A program made the position numbers and the translations under genes. From positions 1 through 63,922 of IMG/VR virus record IMGVR_UViG_3300035670_000198: 63,922 nt of DNA. One strand, 5' to 3'. Within the stretch, counting starts at the first letter, position 1. Each line of letters starts with the position of its first letter. Positions 39,652 to 50,577 of the stretch are shown one piece after another. Source of the stretch: a virus. Its lineage: Duplodnaviria; Caudoviricetes. The notes beneath the pieces are model-generated. The model searched no databases and was not told the DNA's origin. It saw nothing but the letters and a program-made list of their open reading frames with translations.

Positions 39652-40860
39652 TTATCTGAAGTCTTTTACAGCCAAAGTACCAACGTATGTTGATCCACCG
39701 TCATATGATGTAAATGTCCATAGATCTTTGCTGCTTGATCCAGTTGTCGATGGTGGAATTGCGCCACCAGACCAATAAACAGTATTAGCAAAAGAATAGG
39801 TTCTTCCACCAGAACCGTCTTGAATTACGATGAGCGAGAATGTCACAGCAAGACCATTAGATGGTGCATTGACAAAGGTAAAGGTCGTTGGTCCATTCAA
39901 TGTATACTTGAACCAGTTTGATGAACTCAAGTCTACACTTACTGCACCTGATACAGTGCTTGACGAAATGAAATCTTTTGTTGCTTTGAAGTTTGCTGTT
40001 ACGTTGCCCATGACAACGTTGGCTGGAAGATTATTATACTCGAGTGACCATGTATTTTCTGATTCGTCCCAATGCAAATCAGCATTTGCTGTTCCCGCAG
40101 TTTGTCCGCGACGAACTCGGAAGTATCCATCTCCGCCACCAGTAGCAGAGAATCTCAATGAGTATACGTCTGCATCCGTAACAGCAGGAGCAAGGATAGG
40201 ATCTGTAACAGAAAGTGTTCTCACATATGCTGTGATGATGTTTGCGTTGTCAATATTAGCAAGATTACGGACAATTAGATTACCTGTTGCAGTGTTACTT
40301 GCAACATTTAGATTATATGCAAAGACATTATTCGTAACATTCAGCGTGCCAGTAACATTTACATTCGCAAAGATAAAGGTATTTGGATGAATGTTCAGTG
40401 TTGCGAACTGTTCTGTGTTTGCGATATTCACTGTTCCAGCATTGATCGATACAGTTACCACATTGACATTGATAATACCATGAGAGACATTCGTGAAACT
40501 AATATTAGAACCATAGAAAGCCGTGTTTGTATTTACAGTGAATAGATCTGTTTCACCCATTCTTCTAAACTCAATATCACCAGCATCGACATAAACATGA
40601 TTCGTAGAATTGTCAACTTCGATATTGTGAACAGTTAGAGTTCCATCGATATTCGTGTCGTCTTTGACGTCAAGGATTACTCCGCCAGCAGAGTTTGCGA
40701 TGCGAACGTAACCCTCTGAGATCACAACGTTGCCAAAATGCTTGACGAAGTCGCCGCGACAAATTTCGTTCACGTCGTTTGCCACGAGGTTGTCGTTGAT
40801 ACGCCATTGATTGAACGTATTTGACACCGTTGTTAGGTAAACATTTATTGTATTTGCCAT
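39652..40860 (-). CDS. Beta-rich fibre/spike protein with C-terminal adaptor domain
   Basis: N-terminal NTFNQWRI anchor; Asn/Val beta repeats; C-terminus homologous to that of the 1883-aa protein. Confidence 0.8.
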   Translation of the reverse strand: MANTINVYLTTVSNTFNQWRINDNLVANDVNEICRGDFVKHFGNVVISEGYVRIANSAGGVILDVKDDTNIDGTLTVHNIEVDNSTNHVYVDAGDIEFRRMGETDLFTVNTNTAFYGSNISFTNVSHGIINVNVVTVSINAGTVNIANTEQFATLNIHPNTFIFANVNVTGTLNVTNNVFAYNLNVASNTATGNLIVRNLANIDNANIITAYVRTLSVTDPILAPAVTDADVYSLRFSATGGGDGYFRVRRGQTAGTANADLHWDESENTWSLEYNNLPANVVMGNVTANFKATKDFISSSTVSGAVSVDLSSSNWFKYTLNGPTTFTFVNAPSNGLAVTFSLIVIQDGSGGRTYSFANTVYWSGGAIPPSTTGSSSKDLWTFTSYDGGSTYVGTLAVKDFR

Positions 40861-40861
40861 G

Positions 40862-41110
40862 TTATTTCTCGCCGCCGACCGCTTTTAGTATTTGATTGAG
40901 CATAGACTTGATGTCAGAGACTTCTGACTTCAGATTATTTATTTCTTCCTCGACCATCTTCGTTCGCTTCAACTCAGCCATTTTCTGCTGATGTTTTGCG
41001 ACTGCAGATTTGTTTGTGTTCAAGATCGCAAAATTATTCAAATCTTTCACATAGTTTAGATTGTCACTCACTTTTGCTTTTTCTCTCATATCAACCCTCT
41101 GGAACAGCAC
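40862..41110 (-). CDS. Small coiled-coil hypothetical protein
   Basis: YVKD...AILNTN...EINNLKSEVSDIKSML; typical follower of the large structural gene in T4-like phages. Confidence 0.75.
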   Translation of the reverse strand: MLFQRVDMREKAKVSDNLNYVKDLNNFAILNTNKSAVAKHQQKMAELKRTKMVEEEINNLKSEVSDIKSMLNQILKAVGGEK

Positions 41111-44100
41111 TGATTCTAAGATTTTTCACTCTAGGTATCAACGATTGATCTGTAGTAATCATACAAACTTTGATTTGGAAATTCTTGAACGTTCCACCGA
41201 TAGGGTATGAAATACCATTTTCGATATAACTAATTCTATTCTCATCTAGAGATGGACGGAATTCCAACCCAATAAATGTATTAGGATTTCTTGAATAATC
41301 ATCCTTGACTTTACTCATCAACTTCCAGCTCTTATCTGAAATTCTTTCTGGATCATCTGCAGATAGAACCTTATAATAGACAAGAATATCTGTACCTGTT
41401 GGACGAACTGCATCCATAAACACACGCAAGTCGCCAGATTCGAATCCATCTTCAAGAACGATTTCGCGAGTGATATACTTAGATAGGATGTTACCACCAG
41501 ACTTACCATCTTCACCAGAAACAACAGCAGCTGCTGTTGAGCCGCCAGTTGTACCGCCGAAGGTTGGAGCCTGAATAGCAACAGTTGGTGTCGTTGTATA
41601 TCCACTACCGATATGCGATAGAACGATTGAACTGACTGTATTACTTCCATCTGTGTTTGCAACAGCAAAACCAGCAGCGCTGGTGCCATTACCACCAGTG
41701 ATCGTCAACGCATACAAACCAACATTATATGCTGGATATGGATAGTATGTGTTTCTGAAAGAAATAGCCGCAGTATTCACAGCAGTATTTGTACTTCCGT
41801 GGACAGTGATTGATCCTAGAGGATCTGCTGAAGAAGTATTTGAGCAAATATATTTCGAGCCGAAGTTTGTAATGGCAATTTTAGTATTTGACAAACCAGC
41901 GTTATTGATAAGGAACGTTGCTGCTGTCAAAGACAATCTTTCAAGATTTACAATTGGAGAAACGTCAGCGTCTGAAGATGACATATCAGCAGTCAACACA
42001 AAGCTGTTAGCGTTACCCTGAACAAGTCGGCGACGATTGATTGAGTTCTTTGATGACTTATCAGAGATTGTTCCGAACTCAATAGTCTTGAATGGATCTA
42101 GATCAATACCATTCGTTTCTTGAGCAAGAGTTGCTGAGTATACACCCTTCAATGAGTAGTCAACCAATCCAACTGGGAATTTGAGGTCAGCAGAGGTCAA
42201 CATAACACGATCAAGGTCAATGTTTGCTACTGGTGGAGCATCAAGAGCAAATCGTACAGTACCAGAGGTATCAAAGGCTGCTTTGTTTAGAACAAACATC
42301 AAATCTTGATTTTGATATGGTGTCCAGGTTGATGAGTTTTGTGAGCGGAAGAATGAACCAGCATATGGCTGCTCAGAAATTCTAACTGTTGTAGTAGTTG
42401 AAGAACCGAGAACATCTGTTCCGAGTTCAGCAACAAACAACTCATAGTCAGGTGAGTCTGAACCGATAACGATAGCATACTCGCGATTTGGTTCCAAATA
42501 TACAGGATCATCGAAAGTAAACTTTGTTGCTGTCAATGGATCATTTACGCTTGGAATATCAGAAACGTTTACGTCTTTGGCGCTCACGCTCTTAGAAGCA
42601 AGATAGTTCTTGGTTGGGAATCCATTCTGTACTTCTGCAATTTTCACTGTAACTGGAAGTTGTAGACTTCCGCGTGTGAGTGTCTTTGAGTTCTTGAAGT
42701 ACGTTGAAACAGATGGCTTACTCTTGAAGAACAAATCAACAGAAGTGCAGTAGATACCATAATCTTGTTTATTTGAGTTTGGCTTTGGAGTAAAGAATGT
42801 TTGAGCCATACCATCGCCAAGAGGAATTCTTGGGATAGTAGAGGCTGTTGATCCAGTTACTGGTGGCTTGACAGGAGTTCCAACTGCAGGGCGATCTGTT
42901 GGTGCTGCAGGAACAACGAGTGAACTGCCGTCTGTTTCTGATACAGGTGGTAGAACTGGCGTTGTTTGAATTCTCTGCGTAGTTTGTAGAATACCAGAAG
43001 CAGAATACGTCGCACAAGCGCGCATTCCATAATCTGGATCATTATAACGAGCAGTATCCGTGATCGTGAATAGACGATTACCAGTCTTGAACTTGAATCC
43101 AGCGTAAGATGGAATATGGAAAAGTCCAGCAACCGTTCCGTAATTGTCTACATCGTGATTGCCGACCGTATACTTTGTCGTAGAATCAGGAGAGAAACTC
43201 AATGCGCTATTGAGTGCTAGATTTGCTCCATCCACAGAGAGAACTCTCTTGATTTCACCAACACCTGTACCGCTTACGAAGTAAATTAGATTGGCGTCAG
43301 ATGGATTGTTTCCATTATTCGAATTGACATGAATAAAGTCTGTCGCACCATATGTGTTAGCAACTACACCAGAACGATGGATGTATGATGTTACAGCAAT
43401 GTTTACAGCAGCATTTTGAATACTCTGAATTGTATTCCCAGAAGAGAATGTTAGAGTATGGATTTTATTTGCATAGAGTGCTTCTGCACTTGGCAAAGAA
43501 GCATTCCAAATTTTACAAGGATCTGTATTGCTTGAGTTTTGTGTAAATGAACCTTGGATAGGCTCAATTGCTAACATGCCCTGTCCACTAGTATGGAAAT
43601 AACGAACGATGCCACGGAATGTTGCAAGGTCGTATCTTTGTGAACCATCAGCCGTTTGATAGACAATATCGCCTGGTTTATACTTTCCAGCAACAACAGT
43701 TAGCGAAACACCAACTGGGAAAACGTTAGCGTTCAAATAATTTTGCTTTAGATAAACTAGATTTGGACCAGAGATCGAGATAACTGTTGCATATGCATTA
43801 CCTAATTGAGGAGAGATAACACCCTCGCCTGCATAGTATCTATCTGCTGTATCAGAATCAACTACAGAAACAACATTTGAGTTTGAATATGTGATCGTTG
43901 TTTTTACATTTTGGAAGTACAACTGAGCATTTTCATCTAGATCACCATCCAATTGACGAATGGTTACTGTTCTGTTGGTTGAGTCATAAGATTGAACCAA
44001 ACCATTGAAAGTATTGACTGTTGCACTAGTTCCTTGCCATAGGATATCTCCAGGATAAACTTGCGCAGCATTATTCCGATCAACCTCAACGATCTTTTTA

Positions 44101-44282
44101 GCATCAATGACAACTCTGTTACCTGCTTGACAGAAACCATTTACAGCCACATCGTCAAAAAAGATACGTGAGATTTTGTATGGCTTCAAGTTATTAGCCA
44201 CAAATTCTACTTCTCGCCCACGAATATATGGGACAAGATTTGTATCTACGACAACTTTACCAGATTGTGTTGTAATCGCCAT
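41091..44282 (-). CDS. Large virion structural protein (C-terminal part of the VrlC/DUF4815-like family)
   Basis: VPYIRGREVEF...LKP...FFD; AQTF; TSVDLFF; ATKFTFDDPVYL; QPYAGSFFRSQNSSTW..Q.QDLMF; KYITR; FQIKV. Confidence 0.85.
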   Translation of the reverse strand: MAITTQSGKVVVDTNLVPYIRGREVEFVANNLKPYKISRIFFDDVAVNGFCQAGNRVVIDAKKIVEVDRNNAAQVYPGDILWQGTSATVNTFNGLVQSYDSTNRTVTIRQLDGDLDENAQLYFQNVKTTITYSNSNVVSVVDSDTADRYYAGEGVISPQLGNAYATVISISGPNLVYLKQNYLNANVFPVGVSLTVVAGKYKPGDIVYQTADGSQRYDLATFRGIVRYFHTSGQGMLAIEPIQGSFTQNSSNTDPCKIWNASLPSAEALYANKIHTLTFSSGNTIQSIQNAAVNIAVTSYIHRSGVVANTYGATDFIHVNSNNGNNPSDANLIYFVSGTGVGEIKRVLSVDGANLALNSALSFSPDSTTKYTVGNHDVDNYGTVAGLFHIPSYAGFKFKTGNRLFTITDTARYNDPDYGMRACATYSASGILQTTQRIQTTPVLPPVSETDGSSLVVPAAPTDRPAVGTPVKPPVTGSTASTIPRIPLGDGMAQTFFTPKPNSNKQDYGIYCTSVDLFFKSKPSVSTYFKNSKTLTRGSLQLPVTVKIAEVQNGFPTKNYLASKSVSAKDVNVSDIPSVNDPLTATKFTFDDPVYLEPNREYAIVIGSDSPDYELFVAELGTDVLGSSTTTTVRISEQPYAGSFFRSQNSSTWTPYQNQDLMFVLNKAAFDTSGTVRFALDAPPVANIDLDRVMLTSADLKFPVGLVDYSLKGVYSATLAQETNGIDLDPFKTIEFGTISDKSSKNSINRRRLVQGNANSFVLTADMSSSDADVSPIVNLERLSLTAATFLINNAGLSNTKIAITNFGSKYICSNTSSADPLGSITVHGSTNTAVNTAAISFRNTYYPYPAYNVGLYALTITGGNGTSAAGFAVANTDGSNTVSSIVLSHIGSGYTTTPTVAIQAPTFGGTTGGSTAAAVVSGEDGKSGGNILSKYITREIVLEDGFESGDLRVFMDAVRPTGTDILVYYKVLSADDPERISDKSWKLMSKVKDDYSRNPNTFIGLEFRPSLDENRISYIENGISYPIGGTFKNFQIKVCMITTDQSLIPRVKNLRISAVPEG

Positions 44283-44302
44283 ATTTTATCTCTTACCTAA
44301 AG

Positions 44303-47300
44303 TTAGTTTCTATCATAGTTGAATTCTAGCAAATCATCTATAGATCTGCCGCCACCGCCACCACTTTCTGCGCCTCTGCCGCCATTGGCAAGCACGATTT
44401 GTGGTGTTGTGGTTGGATTGGTTGATTCGTAGATTGGTTCTGGATCAACAAATGTCGTAAACTCAGTTGTTGCTGGAACCCACTTAGAATCATCAAATAG
44501 TCCACCATTGGTAAACATATCACCAAGTGAATATGATGTTGCACCGAATGTGAAATTTACACCAAAGTTGATTGGCGAAATTCTGAACCATGGATCATAT
44601 TCTAGAATAAATTCTGGGAATGGTTCTGGTTCTTCAACTATTCCTGGAGGTGGAGCTGGTTCCTCTGGGATAACAGGGCGATCTGGTCCAACTGGAACAA
44701 CAACTACGATGTCATCGTCTGTTGCAGGTGGTGGATCAGTACCTGGATCTTCAACGATCACCACGTCAGCATTTGCTTTTGGTGGCGGTAACGTTGTAGG
44801 TGGTAGAGGCTCAATGACCTTCTCACGAATAACCGTTACAGTTTCAACGATTCTTTCTGGAACCGTGATGACTTCTGGCTTCAACGTCTCAGATACCCAA
44901 ACGTCTGTTTCTGGTGTCAAAGTAATTGAACCATTGAACTGACCAAACAAGAATGGTTGCACGGAAACAGATTTATCAGAAGCAAGACCTTGAGTGATTG
45001 CTGGAACTTCAGTATAACTCAAGCAAACAGTTTTCTTATTGACCGTGGTGTTTTCTTTATCGATTGGCTTCAAGCCAAGTGAGTAAACTTTCATTGCAGG
45101 GATCATGAATCCACCTTCAAGCGCAACGTTGAAATCTGTGCTCTTGTAGTCTGCAATGTTGAAGTTTAGGAAGTTTTCACCAACTAGACCATACTTCTCT
45201 TTCTCAGTGCCATCTTCATATTGAGTCTTGTCGCCCATTGCCAACTTTTCAACATTGTTCAACGAAGTGAAGAACTCAACTCTCTCAAGACGCTTGTCCA
45301 TACGAGAAATATCTTTCATCGTATAACGCTTGTTCTCGTTATACTTTAGACGAACTTCACGAACATCTGCCACATAAGGTGGGAGATATAGTGTGTAAAG
45401 TGTCATTGCGTCATCAGAATCAGCAGGTGGGAGTGGCTGTGGAGCAGCCTTACCCTTGATGACTCTAAATTCTTTATCTTTTGACAATACAAGTTTATCA
45501 ATACGTGGTAGATAATAATCGTATGACAACTCTGTTGTCTCGTCAGGAGATGAAATGGCTGGAACGATATATTTCTTGTCACCATCACCTAGAATCTGAG
45601 TTGGTCTAAAGTCTAAGCAATCTCTTAGATTGTAGACAGTGCCTGTTGATGAGGTGTAGACAGGAATCGTTCCGTTTTCATATTCTTCTTGAGCATATGA
45701 ATCAACAGAGAAGAACGAAACGTTTGTGCCAGTTGCGTAGATATGCTGATAGAAGTCAACATGCACAAGAAGTTTTGCGCTTGGAGAATCGTATCCATCT
45801 TTTAGAATCAATTTAGCGTGTTCATAGCGATCGTCTTTCTGACCATAATCGATATAGAAGTGATCAGTGATATCAGTGTATACGGTCGCGTTTGGTAACA
45901 TTGTAGAGTTACCTGCAATGACCTTACGAACACGAACTACGTCTGGAACATATAGTGAAATGGCATCGCCTGGACGAACTGTCGTATACTCAGTATTTGA
46001 AACAAACACTAGACCATTAGCCATGTCAACATTACCATAAGGAATGTTGGCGGTTGGGCTAACTCTCAATTCAATGTTTGTATTAGCGTTTGTTGTAGTC
46101 GTTGGATAGTTGAATGACGTGAGCGTATACTCTGTATTGCTGTGCAACACTTTTCTACGAATCTTATCTTCAGCATCGTTTTGTTTTACAAAGACAATAA
46201 TGTCGACTGAATTCAATCCAGTTAGACCAGTATCAATTGTCAAAGAGTCGTTTGTTTTCGTGATATTTCCAGCATCTAGTTGGAGAATATCACCGTTTGA
46301 CACGCCAGTCTCAGAGCCTTTGTCTCTTACGACTACGATTAGATTATCTTGAACTGCAGAGGTTGAATCTGCCCATGGAAGAGTTTCGAATGTAGTTGTA
46401 AGACCCTGACCACCTGCGATTTCGAATATACCGCTTCCAGGTGATGTTGGCGGACGATCAGAAATAATCTTATTGTGAACATAATCGCAGTTGTTGATCG
46501 AACCGCGTTTTGCATATGTTCTTGGTAGTCTGAATACCAAACTTTGCTTCAATGTGTCTTCAGTTGAAGTTTCTCCAGTTGTGTACTTGGAGTATGCAGA
46601 AACATTCATAGAAGAATTTGACACAACAGCTTGATTGTTTGCTACAATCGGACCTGCAATGAAAGCCTCAGCATGATCAATCTTGAAGTTCAATTGAACT
46701 ACGCTTGTTCCATTCGGAACTGCACCACCAACTTTTGCGCCATCATCAAATTCACGATCTAGCGTTGCCTTTTTACTTGAACCATCATAGTCTGTAATCA
46801 AGCGCGTTTGATTTGTTACGTTTGAGGAATATGCAGTTTGTTTGAATACTTGTAGAGGGAATGCTGCAGAAGTTGACAAGAACGTACTTGTAAACTCAGT
46901 ATTGACTAAGAATGTATTGTTGTTTGGTACGTTTACAACTTCTCTAACTTCGTTATTGATGCGAATAATATCACCAACATTGACCTTTGTGACTCCACCA
47001 TCATCGAGTAGGTCACTTCCAACATGAACTTCGAATGTATTCACATTGATATTTGCTCTAGAGATTCCTGACAACGCATCAAGGCGAACAGGAAGAATCG
47101 TAACAGCAACATTCACATAAGCATCATTCAAGGCAGAGAAACTAGTTGGTAGACTGATTGATTTGGCATTATCAGATGCTGCAGCGACCGTTGTTACGAT
47201 TGGTCTCATGTTGATATCTGACAGATACAACTTGAAAGCACCGTTTGAATCTGTATCAGAATTGAATGGATCAGCACCGTAACGAACAAAATTCTTTACT

Positions 47301-48526
47301 CTTGCTGTACCGATCTTTGTATTTTGATAGGTGTTGGCGTCAGCGCCAGTACCTAATCCAACAGCAATCTTAGAAGAATCAACGCAGTGAACGTCAACTT
47401 TTTCTAGTGCGGCGATATTGATGAAACCGTTGCTGCTTCCGCGCAACCCAGTGACATAGATTGAATTTCCGTAAGAAATATCAACATCAGTTTCAACCAA
47501 ACGTTTTACGTCGGCTTCGCTGCGCGGCTTCTCGACATTGAGTTTCATCGTACCGATGGTTTCAAACTCAAATCCTTTGACGTATGCTTTTCCTGGCTCG
47601 ATCACAATCGTATATTCGTCGTTGTCGACACCATCAACCAGCGATGCGCGGAATGGTCTAACTGTGTAATCGCCAGACTCATCGAATGTACGACGAGCAA
47701 GAGTTTTTTCTAGTTCAGCATAGACTGGATACTTGACTTGTTTTGTAATTAGTCCGTTCTCAACTCTCATCAACTCGAAGAACTTAGATTCATCAACCAC
47801 AGTATCAAGTGGGCGAGTCGTTAGAACAAGACTAAATTGAAAACGATCAGCACCTGGAGCCTGATAGTTGAATGAAGACTGGGCTGGATCAAGTAGAGTT
47901 GTATCAATTTCGCTATCAACAATTTCTTCGTTGATTTCAAGACCGATTTTTACGTTTGCTGAAGATGAGTATGGCGATACAACCGCAGTTTGATCGAGAA
48001 CCTTTACGAAGTAGCCGTCTGCATAGAACACACCCTCGTTGATAGAAACGATTGTTCCAAGACCGCTTGAGTTTGAACTATTAGCCTGAGCCTCTGTTGT
48101 CTCGCCAGCAACCTTGATGATGTCGCTGTTGGTAAATTCATTACCAGTAACATAACGAACCATAAGAGTTGGTTCGCCATCGAATGGATAGTACGTTGCA
48201 AGAACTTTAGCCTGAACATTGCCAGAGGAATTGCGGATAACGCGATCTTCGAAATCAGCAACATCAATATCGATACTATTGTATGTCTTTTCGAGTTTCA
48301 GCCACTTGCACTTATTGTCAAGAGTCATATTACCGCCGATGACTGGAGAGCCATCTTGGAAGACATGATCGCCGAACTGCTTGATTTGATTTTGTAGGAT
48401 AGACTGAATCTGCGTAAGTTCACGAGCCTGAACCGCTCTTCCAGGCTTGAAGAGAACCTTCACATAGTTGTTATCTAATGCGTTCTCTTTGAAATCGTCG
48501 TAATATGGGTCAATGTTGAATTCCAT
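44303..48526 (-). CDS. Large virion structural protein (VrlC/DUF4815-like, N-terminal part)
   Basis: PYYDDF...VLFKPGRAVQARELTQIQSILQNQI...APGADR...LARRTFDESGDY...PGKAYVKG...YYLPRIDK...NKRYTMKDI. Confidence 0.9.
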   Translation of the reverse strand: MEFNIDPYYDDFKENALDNNYVKVLFKPGRAVQARELTQIQSILQNQIKQFGDHVFQDGSPVIGGNMTLDNKCKWLKLEKTYNSIDIDVADFEDRVIRNSSGNVQAKVLATYYPFDGEPTLMVRYVTGNEFTNSDIIKVAGETTEAQANSSNSSGLGTIVSINEGVFYADGYFVKVLDQTAVVSPYSSSANVKIGLEINEEIVDSEIDTTLLDPAQSSFNYQAPGADRFQFSLVLTTRPLDTVVDESKFFELMRVENGLITKQVKYPVYAELEKTLARRTFDESGDYTVRPFRASLVDGVDNDEYTIVIEPGKAYVKGFEFETIGTMKLNVEKPRSEADVKRLVETDVDISYGNSIYVTGLRGSSNGFINIAALEKVDVHCVDSSKIAVGLGTGADANTYQNTKIGTARVKNFVRYGADPFNSDTDSNGAFKLYLSDINMRPIVTTVAAASDNAKSISLPTSFSALNDAYVNVAVTILPVRLDALSGISRANINVNTFEVHVGSDLLDDGGVTKVNVGDIIRINNEVREVVNVPNNNTFLVNTEFTSTFLSTSAAFPLQVFKQTAYSSNVTNQTRLITDYDGSSKKATLDREFDDGAKVGGAVPNGTSVVQLNFKIDHAEAFIAGPIVANNQAVVSNSSMNVSAYSKYTTGETSTEDTLKQSLVFRLPRTYAKRGSINNCDYVHNKIISDRPPTSPGSGIFEIAGGQGLTTTFETLPWADSTSAVQDNLIVVVRDKGSETGVSNGDILQLDAGNITKTNDSLTIDTGLTGLNSVDIIVFVKQNDAEDKIRRKVLHSNTEYTLTSFNYPTTTTNANTNIELRVSPTANIPYGNVDMANGLVFVSNTEYTTVRPGDAISLYVPDVVRVRKVIAGNSTMLPNATVYTDITDHFYIDYGQKDDRYEHAKLILKDGYDSPSAKLLVHVDFYQHIYATGTNVSFFSVDSYAQEEYENGTIPVYTSSTGTVYNLRDCLDFRPTQILGDGDKKYIVPAISSPDETTELSYDYYLPRIDKLVLSKDKEFRVIKGKAAPQPLPPADSDDAMTLYTLYLPPYVADVREVRLKYNENKRYTMKDISRMDKRLERVEFFTSLNNVEKLAMGDKTQYEDGTEKEKYGLVGENFLNFNIADYKSTDFNVALEGGFMIPAMKVYSLGLKPIDKENTTVNKKTVCLSYTEVPAITQGLASDKSVSVQPFLFGQFNGSITLTPETDVWVSETLKPEVITVPERIVETVTVIREKVIEPLPPTTLPPPKANADVVIVEDPGTDPPPATDDDIVVVVPVGPDRPVIPEEPAPPPGIVEEPEPFPEFILEYDPWFRISPINFGVNFTFGATSYSLGDMFTNGGLFDDSKWVPATTEFTTFVDPEPIYESTNPTTTPQIVLANGGRGAESGGGGGRSIDDLLEFNYDRN

Positions 48527-48536
48527 GAACTTCTAC

Positions 48537-50570
48537 CTAGAATGAAAGTACAATTTTGATTTGATCAATCTGATTATCTACACGAGTAATATTCGTTCTA
48601 TTTTCCATATAAATCAAGTCTCCTGTGAAAGGCTTGATTTCGGAATTAGAAATTCCCAAAATAGGAGTCGATATTCCAGAAACCGTGCTCTTTATCGGAG
48701 AAGAGACTGTAAACGTCCCTGTGATATTATTTATGTAAAGAAAATTATCCCCTGCAGACCAGTGGGCTACATTTGCCACTGCAGTTGCCGATTCTATTTC
48801 ACTTCCGATATAAACCGTTTCGCCATTTACAAAATTTGCCGTCACAGGATCGCTCACCAATAGGCGAGTCGTAGTTCTATAGTTTGTTAGATTTGCAAAC
48901 CAAGCACTATTAGCAATGAGAGGATTGACGAGCAATCCGACCTGATTGAACTTGAACATGTTCGTTGAATCGCTAATTGGAATCTTCGTTCCATCCGTGT
49001 CGTCGTTCAACTCTACGCAAATCATTAGACTATGTGCGCGGAGCTCTTTGGCTGGATTGGATCCATGACCACCAGTAGGACCAATTTGAATGTCAAACTC
49101 AGCATTTGAGCGTTCGACAAACATCGTCTGACTATTTGCTGCGTGGATAAATGGAGTATTTACAGATAGGCTGGTGTTATTGATCACAGAAACGACATTT
49201 CTTGATGCGCCGTTGATTGTGACAATATCATTCACATAAACGTTACCGAAGAATAAATTAGCATTCGATGCAGTATTTGCATACACAAGAGTGGAACCAT
49301 CGATATTCACAGTACCAGAAAGAGTTGCAGTTTGTGGAAGTCTATCAGCAAGTTGGTTATTAGCTGTTATCGTTCCGCGAGTATAGTTGTTACCGCCGAT
49401 TTGTACAGAAACAGAGGTAATGTTACCATTTGAAACTCTTGCTAAAAGTTTGGCAGAACTTCCGTCTGTGTTTGTGATTGAGAGGAAACTTCCAGTGTTG
49501 GTGTTACCACCCCCAGCATATCCTGAACCACCCCACAAAACACGAACGATATCGACTCGCCCATCTTCAGTAGCAGCCAATACAGCGTTGTCTGTCACGA
49601 CAGGCATCCACTGAGACGTGAAGAATTTTTGCTTCAAACCAGGTGGGATTGTATACATATACTTCCAGCGATATCCATCGCCAGTTACAATGAACGGATC
49701 TTCTGGGAGCTGACCGTCGATATCAATTGTTGGTTCAATCGTCGACGGAGAGTTATTTCCGTTGAATAAGCACTTGAATACTTGATCTCGATTATTACGA
49801 ACATAGAAAGTATTTGCGACCTGAGGATAAGTATTATCTCTTCTTTGAACTGTCACATTAGTATTGCTATATGCAGCATTAGCATTCAGAGAAATAACTT
49901 TGTTACTACGGACAGAAACAACTTCTCTTGCGTCTTCGCCAATAACGATAACGTTTCCTGTTCCAACATTACCGACAAAATTTGCAGTATTGCCGATAAC
50001 AATGAGACTATTACCGAGTAGAGTTAGAGACTGAGAAGAATTTGTATTTGAGAATACACTATTCACAACCAATAGCGTATTATTTGTGACAGAAACAACG
50101 CTCTTAGTTGTGTTGTTTACAGAGATTAGATCTCCAGGGAAAACATATGATGTGAATGTTGTTCCGAGTCCAGTTACTACATTTGAATTTGATGATACTG
50201 AAACAGTCCCACTCAAAATAGTATTAGCGTTTGAGTTTGCTGTACCAAGATTATGGTAGTCAACATATGAGAAAATTTCAATATGATCTTCATATGTGTC
50301 ATACGTTCTTCCGCTCGCCCAGTCTACTCTTGAGATAACTGGCTGCATATCGGATTCGAAGACTTTCTTCATACCAACCATGCTATAGTAGAATTCGTTC
50401 TTGCTATTTGTCGTGTAGATTACATTATCCACATTTGATGGGTCTGACCCAGTAAATGCTGGTGAGCGACCAATCGTGACGTAAGTATTGCTTGTTTCTG
50501 TATTGGACAAATCTTTCTTTAGGCGATCAATTATAAAATTGCTAAAGAGTGGAGTTATGAGCGATTTCAT
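48537..50570 (-). CDS. gp8: Baseplate wedge subunit with inserted repeats
   Basis: RVDWASG..YD.Y...FYVRN...VFKCLFN...DGYRWKYMYTI...GGHGSNPAKEL...YMENR..I.R...Q.DQIKIVL. Confidence 0.9.
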   Translation of the reverse strand: MKSLITPLFSNFIIDRLKKDLSNTETSNTYVTIGRSPAFTGSDPSNVDNVIYTTNSKNEFYYSMVGMKKVFESDMQPVISRVDWASGRTYDTYEDHIEIFSYVDYHNLGTANSNANTILSGTVSVSSNSNVVTGLGTTFTSYVFPGDLISVNNTTKSVVSVTNNTLLVVNSVFSNTNSSQSLTLLGNSLIVIGNTANFVGNVGTGNVIVIGEDAREVVSVRSNKVISLNANAAYSNTNVTVQRRDNTYPQVANTFYVRNNRDQVFKCLFNGNNSPSTIEPTIDIDGQLPEDPFIVTGDGYRWKYMYTIPPGLKQKFFTSQWMPVVTDNAVLAATEDGRVDIVRVLWGGSGYAGGGNTNTGSFLSITNTDGSSAKLLARVSNGNITSVSVQIGGNNYTRGTITANNQLADRLPQTATLSGTVNIDGSTLVYANTASNANLFFGNVYVNDIVTINGASRNVVSVINNTSLSVNTPFIHAANSQTMFVERSNAEFDIQIGPTGGHGSNPAKELRAHSLMICVELNDDTDGTKIPISDSTNMFKFNQVGLLVNPLIANSAWFANLTNYRTTTRLLVSDPVTANFVNGETVYIGSEIESATAVANVAHWSAGDNFLYINNITGTFTVSSPIKSTVSGISTPILGISNSEIKPFTGDLIYMENRTNITRVDNQIDQIKIVLSF

Positions 50571-50577
50571 TTATTCT

